NCBI GenBank assembly: GCA_963778605.1
Contig: CAVZVF010000001.1
Location: 448,995 to 512,994, forward strand
Direction: 5' to 3'
Length of the DNA: 64,000 bases
Source of the DNA: an uncultured Bacteroidales bacterium
GTDB lineage: Bacteria; Bacteroidota; Bacteroidia; Bacteroidales; VadinHA17
Shown: positions 11,060 through 19,722 of the stretch, one piece after another
Layout of the letters: the number at the start of each line of letters is the position of its first letter
Numbering within the stretch: the first letter of the stretch is position 1
Program-made: the position numbers and the translations under genes
The notes under the pieces: generated by a model
Told to the model about the DNA's origin: nothing
The model's database searches: none
Seen by the model: the letters and a program-made list of their open reading frames with translations, nothing else

Positions 11060-11128
11060 CGCCTCACACCTCATACCTGTGCGCTTCGCCCTTCGCTCTG
11101 GGCCCTGTGCCCTGTGCTCTGAGCCGAA
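11060..11128. repeat. Degenerate heptad tandem array (about 10 x 7 nt, consensus GCCCTGT on the + strand)
   Basis: Phased reading: cgcctca|cacctca|tacctgt|gcgcttc|gcccttc|gctctgg|gccctgt|gccctgt|gctctga|gccgaat. It abuts the stop codon of the minus-strand HAD gene. Confidence 0.6.
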
Positions 11129-11728
11129 TTACCAATTACTATCGTACCATGCTCTTACATCTGTGACAATCATCCCCGCATTCCTGGCTGCATCCATACC
11201 AAGGTCGCCATCTTCAAACACCTCAATATATTCCGGCTCAACCTTCATCTGTTCTGCACATTTGAGAAATGTCTCAGGATGAGGTTTAAAATTGTCGACA
11301 TCATTTGCTGTAACAATTATATCAAAAAAATTACTTAATCCTATTATTTCCAGAGTCCGTTCCACCGCTTCCCTGTGGCCTCCTGTTCCAACAGCCATCG
11401 GCAGTTTGCCATAATATTTCCGTGCTAATTCAACAACAGGTTCTATGGGCTTTACAAAGTGCTGAATACTGAAAAACTGTTTAAGTTTTTCGGTCATTAT
11501 CTGATCAACAGTAACAATATTCTTCAAGCCGCATTTATCGATTATCTCAGAAGCGATTATCCATCCCGGACTTCCTGTATGTTTTCTTAAAAAGGTTGTA
11601 TCGAGGTCAGCACCATATTTCAGACAGGCTTTTTTCCATCCTGCAAAATGATAAGGCATAGTATCGGCTAATGTTCCGTCGAGATCGAAGATCAAACCTT
11701 TGACTCCGGGTTTTATATCATGCAGCAT
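11129..11728 (-). CDS. HAD-IA family hydrolase (beta-phosphoglucomutase-like)
   Basis: Motif I is IFDLDGTLADT, and motif IV is FEDGDLGMDAARNAGM. 199 aa. Confidence 0.8.
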   Translation of the reverse strand: MLHDIKPGVKGLIFDLDGTLADTMPYHFAGWKKACLKYGADLDTTFLRKHTGSPGWIIASEIIDKCGLKNIVTVDQIMTEKLKQFFSIQHFVKPIEPVVELARKYYGKLPMAVGTGGHREAVERTLEIIGLSNFFDIIVTANDVDNFKPHPETFLKCAEQMKVEPEYIEVFEDGDLGMDAARNAGMIVTDVRAWYDSNW

Positions 11729-12000
11729 ATTTCTGGGATTCAGACTTCAAAAATAATTAAAATTTTCAATCTTTTTCATATGACTGATTCTACTGTAATA
11801 TGACATGATTTCCGGCTTCTCAATCTGTGACTTAATAAAATATATTGTTTCAAATGATTTAAGATTGACAATACCCGATTAATTCTCTTATTTTTGGGAA
11901 ATTAAGTATTTCGTCCATGATCTCTGAAGCTCATCAATTATTTTTATTGGCCGGGAAAGGTTATGCAGACTATATGTACCAAGTGAATCGATAATAACTC

Positions 12001-14625
12001 ATGGACAACTCATTAAAAAAGAACGAGGAGATTTTCCGGAAATCATTTATTATGAGTCCTGACTCAGTTAATGTGAACCGACTGAGCGATGGGTTATATG
12101 TCTCAGTTAATGAAGGATTTACAAAAATTACCGGTTATTCTGAAGAAGATATTGCCGGCAAAACTACTACTGATTTAAACATATGGGTTGACTCTGCTGA
12201 CCGTGATAAACTGGTCAGCGGACTTAAGGATGAAGGAAAAGTGACAAATCTTGAAGCCAGGTTCAGGATGAAAGACGGAACCATAAGAAATGGAATGATA
12301 TCAGCTGTAATAATCGATATCAGGGGAATCCCCCATATACTTAGCATGACCAGGGATATCACTGAAAAAAAGGAAATTGAGAATGCATTAAAAGACAGCG
12401 AAACAAGATACAGGGAACTGATTGAAATGGCCCCTGATGGTATACTTTTGGGTACACATCAGGGAATAATAACAGGTGCCAATTCTAAAATGCTTAAAAT
12501 TACAGGGAGATCTTTAAATGAACTGATTGGAGCCAGAATCAGTATGCTTTTTTCACCGGAAGAGCTGGAAGAATTTCCTCTCAGGTATGATCTTCTTAAT
12601 AACGGAGAATCCGTGACCATTGAGCGTAAAATCCTCCGCAGTAATGGAATGATTGTTCCTGTTGAGATGCACACCAAAATGATGCCGGATAAAACTTACC
12701 AGTTGATATGCCATGATATATCAGGTCGCCGGAATTCCGAGGAAGAACTACGGAAACTTTCCAGGGCAGTAGAACAAAGTCCTGCTTCAATAGTTATTAC
12801 CGATACTTTTGGAAAAATTGAATATGTCAATAAAAAATTATGTGAGATAACCGGTTACACAAAGAAGGAACTAATTGGAAAAAATCCTGGGATCTTCAGT
12901 TCCCATGAAAAGTCAGAGGAGGAATACAGGAAATTCTGGAATAAGATAAAAGCCGGTAAAGCCTGGAAAGGAGAATTCCACAACAGGAAAAAAACCGGGG
13001 AATTATACTGGGAAAGCGCTACTGTTTCTTCAATTAAAAATGAAAAGAATGTAATAACACATTTCATTTGTGTTAAAGAAGATATTACACTCAGGAAGAT
13101 TCTGGAAGAAAAAACTTTTGCAAGTGAACAACGTTACCGGGAACTTTTTCTCGACAACCCGATACCCTCTTATATTTTTGATGAAAAAACACTTGAATTC
13201 ATTGAAGTAAATGAAGCAACAGTTAATAATTATGGCTATTCAAGAGAAGAGTTCTCATCGATGACTCTTAAGAATATTCGTCTGCCTGAAGATGTTACTG
13301 ATCTCATGGATTCAATTAAAAAGCTCGGTAAAGATGCATACCATTCAAACAATATGCGTCACATGAGAAAGAACGGAACAGTATTTCCTGTTGAGATTAC
13401 ATCCCATTCCCTGCCTGAGAAAAATGACCGTAAAACCCGGCTGGTTATGGTAATAGATATTTCGGAAAGAGTTAAAGCTGCCGAACAGATGATTCTTGCG
13501 AAGGAGAAGGCTGAAGCAAGTGACCGGCTTAAAACGATGTTTCTGAATAATATCTCCCATGAAGTGCGTACGCCTCTCAATGGCATCCTGGGTTTTGCTG
13601 AAATAATTTCTCAACCGGATCTCTCAGAAAAAGAGAAACAGGGTTCCGTTGCAATGCTTTTAGAAAGTAGTGACCGTCTGTTAAGAACGATTACTAACTA
13701 TATGGATATTTCTCTGCTGACTTCCGGCAGCTTGACTGTGTCAGGTAAGAATTTCTGTCCGGTCCATATTCTAAGAAAAGTCTTTAATAATTTTGAGATG
13801 ATTTGCTCAAAGAGGAACCTGAAATTATATTTAGTGACTCCGGAAAAGGCAGGTAAATTATTAGTCAATTCAGATCAGGAAATTATCCAGAAAGTAATGT
13901 CCCATTTTCTTGACAACGCAATTAAGTTTACCGAAAAAGGCAGCATTCATTTTGGATATAAGTGCCTGGAAAATAAGCTTGAGTTTTTTGTGAGAGATAC
14001 AGGTATAGGTATTGGTAAAGATTCACTTAACGATATATTTGACCGGTTTAGAAAGGAAGATCGCGGACCTGGCAAATTAAGTGAAGGCAGCGGACTTGGT
14101 TTGTCTATTGCAAAAGGAATGATCGACGCTATTGGAGGAACCATCAGGGTAGAATCAGAGATAGGGATTGGTTCAACTTTCTGCTTTAGTATTCCATTTG
14201 CAAGACAAACCGGAGAATCTGTTTATAATACCATTGAGGTTGAAAATAAGAAGTTATCAGAAAGACATTCCATTCTTGTTGTTGAAGATGATGAAATAAA
14301 TTTCTTATATCTGAAAGCTATTATCAGGCGTGAAACAAACGCTAAAGTCATTCATGCATCTAATGGTAAGGAGGCAGTTGAATTGTTCAAAGCTAATCCG
14401 GATATATTATTGATTCTTATGGATATGAAGATACCGGGAATTGACGGCTTTGAAGCAACCCGGCAAATTAAAGTGATAAAGAATGATGTTCCCGTAATTG
14501 CAGTAACAGCTTATGCAATGTCGGGTGATGAGGACCGGATTCTTGCAGCCGGATGCGACGCCTATCTGAGCAAGCCGATCAGCCAGAAAAGCCTTCTTCA
14601 GAAAATCGCTGAGTTCGTAAAATAA
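12001..14625 (+). CDS. Hybrid sensor histidine kinase/response regulator with multiple PAS domains
   Basis: About four PAS/PAC repeats, the H-box FLNNISHEVRTPLNGI, the HATPase G-boxes DTGIGI and GSGLGLSI, and a C-terminal receiver (ILVVEDDEIN...LMDMKIPGIDGFE...A.TA...). Confidence 0.9.
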   Translation: MDNSLKKNEEIFRKSFIMSPDSVNVNRLSDGLYVSVNEGFTKITGYSEEDIAGKTTTDLNIWVDSADRDKLVSGLKDEGKVTNLEARFRMKDGTIRNGMISAVIIDIRGIPHILSMTRDITEKKEIENALKDSETRYRELIEMAPDGILLGTHQGIITGANSKMLKITGRSLNELIGARISMLFSPEELEEFPLRYDLLNNGESVTIERKILRSNGMIVPVEMHTKMMPDKTYQLICHDISGRRNSEEELRKLSRAVEQSPASIVITDTFGKIEYVNKKLCEITGYTKKELIGKNPGIFSSHEKSEEEYRKFWNKIKAGKAWKGEFHNRKKTGELYWESATVSSIKNEKNVITHFICVKEDITLRKILEEKTFASEQRYRELFLDNPIPSYIFDEKTLEFIEVNEATVNNYGYSREEFSSMTLKNIRLPEDVTDLMDSIKKLGKDAYHSNNMRHMRKNGTVFPVEITSHSLPEKNDRKTRLVMVIDISERVKAAEQMILAKEKAEASDRLKTMFLNNISHEVRTPLNGILGFAEIISQPDLSEKEKQGSVAMLLESSDRLLRTITNYMDISLLTSGSLTVSGKNFCPVHILRKVFNNFEMICSKRNLKLYLVTPEKAGKLLVNSDQEIIQKVMSHFLDNAIKFTEKGSIHFGYKCLENKLEFFVRDTGIGIGKDSLNDIFDRFRKEDRGPGKLSEGSGLGLSIAKGMIDAIGGTIRVESEIGIGSTFCFSIPFARQTGESVYNTIEVENKKLSERHSILVVEDDEINFLYLKAIIRRETNAKVIHASNGKEAVELFKANPDILLILMDMKIPGIDGFEATRQIKVIKNDVPVIAVTAYAMSGDEDRILAAGCDAYLSKPISQKSLLQKIAEFVK

Positions 14626-14658
14626 AAAGACAACCTCCCTTCTTTTGTACTGAGATGA

Positions 14659-16701
14659 TTACTTTTTATATTCCTTAAGATACTCTTTTACCTGTTTGTA
14701 AACATTATCAGCCGTAAATCCAAACTTCTCATCAAGTACCTTGTATGGTGCTGAAAACCCAAAGTGATCCAACCCCCATATTTTCCCTCTGGGGCCCACT
14801 AATCCGCGGAGAGTTACCGGTAAGCCTGCTGTTAATCCGAATACGGGAATATTTTCAGGTAACAACAAATTGCGGTACTCTTCAGTTTGATTCCCTAATA
14901 AACCTTCGGATGGAGCAGAAATGATCCTCACCTCAAGTTTGTCTTTTCTTAAAAGCAAAGCCCCTTCAACAAGTGTAGCTACCTCTGAACCACTTGCGAT
15001 CAGAATAATATCTGGCTTTCCTGAACAATCCTGTACAATATATGCCCCTCTTTCCGATTTCAGAGCATCGGCATACCTGTTATTATTATCAGATGGAAGA
15101 TCTTTGATGTTTTGCCTCGAGAGAATTAAAGCAGAGGGACTTTTCTTATTCTCAAGGGCTATTTTCCACGCAACGGTTGTTTCTGTTGCGTCGGCAGGTC
15201 TCAGAACTACCATACTATTTTCGCCATGGTGGTTTTTAAGGTGTTCCAGAAGACGCAGCTGAGCTTCCTGTTCCACAGGCTGATGGGTAGGCCCGTCTTC
15301 ACCTACACGGAAAGCATCATGGGTCCAGATATATTTGACTTGTAACCCCATCAGACACGCTAACCTTACAGCAGGTTTCATATAATCTGAGAATACAAAG
15401 AATGTAGCGCAGGCGGGGATTACGCCACCATGAAGAGCCATGCCATTCATCACCGCTGCCATAGTCAGTTCTGAAACACCGGCCTGGAGAAATGCTCCTG
15501 AGAAATCGTTGTTTGTAAACGCGTGTGTATTTTTTAAAAAACCATCTGTTTTGTCGGAGTTTGAAAGATCGGCTGACGCAACAATCATATTTTCAATCTT
15601 TTTTGCAAATAGACCCAAAACAACTGAAGATGCTGCCCGTGTGGCTGAACCCTCTTTTTGCCCGATGCTACCGTAATCTATCTCCGGAACATTTCCGGCA
15701 AAAAAGTTATTAAGTTTTTTGTCCAGTTCACTATTTTTTGAAGCCCATTCATTTTTTCTTTTTTTCCAGTCGGCAGCTATTTCTGATTTTTCTGAGAGTA
15801 TCTTATTGTAGAGTTTTTTTACATCATCAAAAATCAGGAACGGATCAGACATATTACCCCCCAGGTTGAGCAGTGACTTTTCAAATGAACCGCCCGCCTC
15901 ACTTACCGGCATCCCATGGGTTGAGGTCTTCCTCTCAAAGTTGTTGCCTTCGTTATCAAGCAGACCCTTGCCCATTATTGTTTTGCCAATAATGATTGTG
16001 GGTTTCTCCTTTTCGTTGACACCAGAGATAAGTGCTTTTCTGATCTGTGACTGATCGTTACCGTCAATTTTAATAACGTTCCATCCCCATGAAGTATATT
16101 TCATGGCAGTATCCTCAATAGTTACAGCTTTGGTTTCAGTTGAAAGCTGTATGTCATTTGAATCATAGAACATGATGAGATTATGCAGGCCAAGGAATCC
16201 GGCCAGACGTCCTGCTCCCTGTGAAATCTCTTCCTGCACGCCTCCATCGGAGATGTACGTAAATATTTTATGAGCAAAGAGTTCCCCAAACCTTGAAGCA
16301 AGAAATCTCTCGGCAATAGCTGCACCAACAGCCATTGTATGACCCTGACCTAATGGTCCGGAAGTATTTTCAATACCTCTCATAATGTCAAGCTCCGGAT
16401 GACCCGGGGTAGGGCTGCCCCACTGCCTGAAGTTTTTTAGTTCCTCAGTGGTAAAATGACCGGTAAGTGTAAGGATCGAATAAAGCATGGGTGACATATG
16501 ACCAGGATCGAGAAAAAACCTGTCGCGATTAATCCATGAAGGATCACTCGGGTCAAACTTAAGGAACTCGGAAAAGAGGATATGTATGAAGTCAGCTCCT
16601 CCCATTGCACCGCCGGGGTGCCCGGATTTTGACTTTTCCACCATAGCCATCGACAGGATACGGATATTATCAGCTGCAAGTTTGTTTATTTCGTTACTCA
16701 T
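14659..16701 (-). CDS. tkt: Transketolase
   Basis: Motifs SGHPGG, GPLGQG and GEDGPTHQP. I prefer the ATG at 16701 (MSNEINKLAADNIRILS...) over the track's TTG at 16734, because a TAnnTTTG box lies at 16739-16746, only 5 nt from the TTG. Confidence 0.9.
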   Translation of the reverse strand: MSNEINKLAADNIRILSMAMVEKSKSGHPGGAMGGADFIHILFSEFLKFDPSDPSWINRDRFFLDPGHMSPMLYSILTLTGHFTTEELKNFRQWGSPTPGHPELDIMRGIENTSGPLGQGHTMAVGAAIAERFLASRFGELFAHKIFTYISDGGVQEEISQGAGRLAGFLGLHNLIMFYDSNDIQLSTETKAVTIEDTAMKYTSWGWNVIKIDGNDQSQIRKALISGVNEKEKPTIIIGKTIMGKGLLDNEGNNFERKTSTHGMPVSEAGGSFEKSLLNLGGNMSDPFLIFDDVKKLYNKILSEKSEIAADWKKRKNEWASKNSELDKKLNNFFAGNVPEIDYGSIGQKEGSATRAASSVVLGLFAKKIENMIVASADLSNSDKTDGFLKNTHAFTNNDFSGAFLQAGVSELTMAAVMNGMALHGGVIPACATFFVFSDYMKPAVRLACLMGLQVKYIWTHDAFRVGEDGPTHQPVEQEAQLRLLEHLKNHHGENSMVVLRPADATETTVAWKIALENKKSPSALILSRQNIKDLPSDNNNRYADALKSERGAYIVQDCSGKPDIILIASGSEVATLVEGALLLRKDKLEVRIISAPSEGLLGNQTEEYRNLLLPENIPVFGLTAGLPVTLRGLVGPRGKIWGLDHFGFSAPYKVLDEKFGFTADNVYKQVKEYLKEYKK

Positions 16702-16738
16702 AAAATAATTATTTACCATTAGATTTTTTAACAAGTGG

Positions 16739-16746
16739 CAAAAATA
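16739..16746 (-). promoter_or_regulatory. Candidate -7 box (TAttTTTG on the minus strand) for tkt
   Basis: The plus strand reads caaaaata. The box is 38-45 nt upstream of the ATG at 16701. This is a motif match only. Confidence 0.3.
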
Positions 16747-16828
16747 GAATTATTTGTTGACAGAAAAAAGCAGATTAAGACAACTATTTTTTTAACTGCC
16801 TGAATATTTGTGTTATGAGTCTGAATTT

Positions 16829-17245
16829 TTAAAGATATTTTCTGTCTTCCTCAGGTACTTCAAAATATTTATTATAAGTCTTTGCATCAGGGCCTTTCTC
16901 TTCTTCAACTTTATCTCCCCTGATTTTATAAGTGCACTTTTCACCTCCGATACCTGAAAAGTAAATATTATATTCCTTTCCGTCCTCATCAATCATTATT
17001 ATTCTCACCAGGTGATTATACTTTGCACTATTTAATTGTGAGTGACAGATAGGGCATGTATAAATGTATTCTTCACCTTCTTTTATATGGAAAGAAGGAT
17101 GTGTTGTGGTTGCATAGTTCCCCAGCTCAGGATTCAGAAAAATCAATCCTCTTGAAGGACTGTTGATTTTTGCGGCAGCAAGGACAATGTTAGTTTTAAC
17201 CTTGAGATGACCCCTGCAAATTTTACATAGATATTCTACAGCCAT
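16829..17245 (-). CDS. Hypothetical zinc-ribbon-like protein (two CxxC pairs)
   Basis: 138-aa ORF with CKIC at residues 7-10 and CPIC at 64-67. A canonical AGGAGG sits 6 nt upstream of the ATG. I recognise no family. Confidence 0.5.
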   Translation of the reverse strand: MAVEYLCKICRGHLKVKTNIVLAAAKINSPSRGLIFLNPELGNYATTTHPSFHIKEGEEYIYTCPICHSQLNSAKYNHLVRIIMIDEDGKEYNIYFSGIGGEKCTYKIRGDKVEEEKGPDAKTYNKYFEVPEEDRKYL

Positions 17246-17700
17246 GATGCTCCTCCTGTTTGTTTATTAGTTTAATAATATTATCTGCAACATGCTTCAC
17301 AAGGTATGAAATATTTTCACGAAAGACAATTTTTTCAGACTGGATTGCGAGAATATAAACCGGCATACTGAAAAACTCTGAAAAACGTTTAAGAGATATA
17401 TTGTTTGTATTGTAAGTCAGATCCTGTATCTGACATATTGTCAGTTATTTAAATGTTCCTGCAGATGAATTCATGTCCGCACAATAAATAAGTATAATTA
17501 TATAAGGATCCATACTATTTATTTATCCGTTGTAATTTTCAATACTTGCATCTGCTGTGAGTGAAGAAATGGCACCTTTGGTTTTAATTTTTCCTGCCAG
17601 TCAAATACTGCCGGGTCAAAGATTTTCTCTGATAATTTTAATCCCGTACCGGTAATACAATGTTCCGGGTAATGACCACAAAAGATACATTTAACATTAT
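17223..17700 (-). pseudogene. Remnant of a NiFe-hydrogenase maturation endopeptidase (HyaD/HybD/FrhD-like)
   Basis: My minus-strand translation gives ..ITGTGLKLSEKIFDPAVFDWQEKLK / KGAISSLTADASIENYNG* / INSMDPYIIILIYCADMNSSAGTFK*LTICQIQDLTYNTNNISLKRFSEFFSMPVYILAIQSEKIVFRENISYLVKHVADNIIKLI. This follows the protease pattern (G.GN..., .DaGt.PEN, PD.iIivDA.dm...GT, H.isl...vyiigIQ.e...fg..lS), but with at least 2 in-frame TAA stops and at least 1 frameshift. Confidence 0.45.
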
Positions 17701-18010
17701 CTTTTTTTATGATCTTTGTTCCTTTTTCTTAATCATCAGTAAATTTGATCCTGGTGAATCTTTCAATCTGGCAGTAGTAAGCACAACCGGGGGTGACGAT
17801 AAACCTGTTAAGTGCCCTATGCTTTTCAGGGAAGCGATTGCTGCTCTTCTCAATAAGGTTGACCTGATTCCCTATACAAATTTTAGTTTTAACAGTTTCA
17901 GGTCCGATTTGAAAAAAATCAATTCTCAAATACCTCTTTTCGAAGTTTCATGTACAAGAGGGGACGGCCTGAAGGAGTGGTATAAATGGATAAGTGAAAA
18001 ACTAAACTAA
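17700..18010 (+). pseudogene. hypB: C-terminal fragment of the hydrogenase nickel-insertion GTPase HypB
   Basis: ORF 17660..18010 reads KFDPGESFNLAVVSTTGGDDKPVKCPMLFREAIAALLNKVDLIPYTNFS......EVSCTRGDGLKEWYKWI. This matches the HypB C-terminal half (FDLGE...SVTEGEDKP.KYP.MF....lllNKiDLlPy......SA.tGeGl..W..Wl). The P-loop half is missing. Confidence 0.55.
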
Positions 18011-18027
18011 GAGATTGTTGATTATAT

Positions 18028-18909
18028 TTAGTTCCCTGGAGGTGTCTCAGGTAAATATTTTCTGAACTCTTTCAGAAGAGACTTTTCGTACCTGCCTGCG
18101 TAATGACCTGTGATAAATCTTTCAAATCCGGTATTCAAAAAATTTTCCCAGGATTTATCTTCATCTCCCGGAATAACGGGATAGTAAAGTATACCATTAT
18201 TTATCGCAGCATCCAGGTCTCCGATAGCGTCACCTATCATAAGTATTTTGTTGTCGGGATATTTGCCCTTTGCCGCCATTAAAATATGCTCTGTTTTTGT
18301 CCCGTGTTCCTGGCCTGCAATGGCTTTTATATACTTTTTCAGATCATGCTCTTCCCATTCACGCTCAAGAGCTTCAAGGGGTGTTTGCGAAACAATAATA
18401 AGGTCAGCCAATGAAGATATAGCTTTTATAGCTTTCAGCGCAAACGGAAATGGAGGAATCTTATGAAGCCACTGACTTATTTCTTTATTTACTGATTCCG
18501 ACCATATTAAAACCTTTTCAAGATCAGGATCATAATTTGATTCGAAGTACTTCCTTAGTGTAGCGTTACCCAGTTTTGTTTCAGATTTCACCCATTTTTT
18601 AAGCGATGTCATATCAGGTAATTTTATGCCTGATTTTATTAATCCCGGGTTTTCGCTTAAAAGTTCAAATACTCTGATTATTGAAGTAAACCGGTTACCT
18701 CCTCTGTAAACTGAGTAGAGATTTACAAATTCCCAGGTCTCACGCAGGATCTTTGAAACAGCAAAAAGATCAAAGTATTTTAATGCATTTGGGATGAAGA
18801 ACTCTTTCTGTTTTACCTCCATCGAATCAAATACACATCCGTCCGAATCAATCCCGATAAAGAATTCATGATCAGGCTGAAGGTTTTTTAGTAAAGACTG
18901 ATAATCCAT
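18028..18909 (-). CDS. HAD-superfamily hydrolase
   Basis: Motif I is GIDSDGCVFDS, with a large cap insertion, and motif IV is MIGDAIGDLDAA. 293 aa. Confidence 0.7.
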   Translation of the reverse strand: MDYQSLLKNLQPDHEFFIGIDSDGCVFDSMEVKQKEFFIPNALKYFDLFAVSKILRETWEFVNLYSVYRGGNRFTSIIRVFELLSENPGLIKSGIKLPDMTSLKKWVKSETKLGNATLRKYFESNYDPDLEKVLIWSESVNKEISQWLHKIPPFPFALKAIKAISSLADLIIVSQTPLEALEREWEEHDLKKYIKAIAGQEHGTKTEHILMAAKGKYPDNKILMIGDAIGDLDAAINNGILYYPVIPGDEDKSWENFLNTGFERFITGHYAGRYEKSLLKEFRKYLPETPPGN

Positions 18910-18918
18910 TTATCGGGT

Positions 18919-19683
18919 TCAGAATTTAAATCCGAATTTTATTTCAAGCCTGTTTAAGGTGTTAGCATATGTTACATCCCCGAGGTTATACTCATATTGT
19001 ACATAACTGGTATGTGCATACCTGTATGCAAAACTCAGATAAGTCTCATAATCTGCTTTTGCCCATGAGATACCAGAGCCGAAAGTAAATGAAGCACCCC
19101 CTTTATAGTTTTTGGAAGAATTTTCTGGCTGGTAAACATACGAAGACGAACTTTCTTCTCCGCCCAGGGGGAGAACTGCTCCTCCCCGGGCAAATATAAA
19201 CGGACTGGTCTTCCGGTCATAAACGACATATTTATATTCCAAAAATAATGGAGTATAAGGTCTTCCGATAAATTCAACTCCCGATCCGATACTTGTAGTA
19301 TTCTTGGTGTTACTGATTATTCCTGCAAGAAAATTAAAGCTGAATGGAGCAAAGTATTTGGAGTTCTGTGATCCTGCAAGCAGCCCGGCTTCCAGGGAAA
19401 AACTAAATCCATTAGTTTTCCTGCCATTAAAATACGGCATCTCTTTTGTAAATTTTTCCACCTCCAGCGACGGAAAGATTAAGATGCTTCCATCCGATGT
19501 TTGCATTTTATACTGATCAGCATATATTTCAACAAGCTTTCCAAATATCATACTACCATTTTTAAGGTACAGTACATCTTTTGTCTTTTGTCCGGATAAT
19601 TGCAACCCGGTGATTATTAGGAAAATGATAAACAAAATCTTTTTTTTCATAAAGAAAGGTTTTAAGGTTGGAAGGTTTAGCAT
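18919..19683 (-). CDS. Hypothetical outer-membrane beta-barrel-like protein
   Basis: Signal peptide, alternating hydrophobic beta-strand pattern, and a C-terminal ...LEIKFGFKF with a terminal aromatic residue typical of OM barrels. Confidence 0.55.
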   Translation of the reverse strand: MLNLPTLKPFFMKKKILFIIFLIITGLQLSGQKTKDVLYLKNGSMIFGKLVEIYADQYKMQTSDGSILIFPSLEVEKFTKEMPYFNGRKTNGFSFSLEAGLLAGSQNSKYFAPFSFNFLAGIISNTKNTTSIGSGVEFIGRPYTPLFLEYKYVVYDRKTSPFIFARGGAVLPLGGEESSSSYVYQPENSSKNYKGGASFTFGSGISWAKADYETYLSFAYRYAHTSYVQYEYNLGDVTYANTLNRLEIKFGFKF

Positions 19684-19722
19684 GATTTTTGTCTTTGTCT
19701 GAGGAACCTAAATCTGATCATT

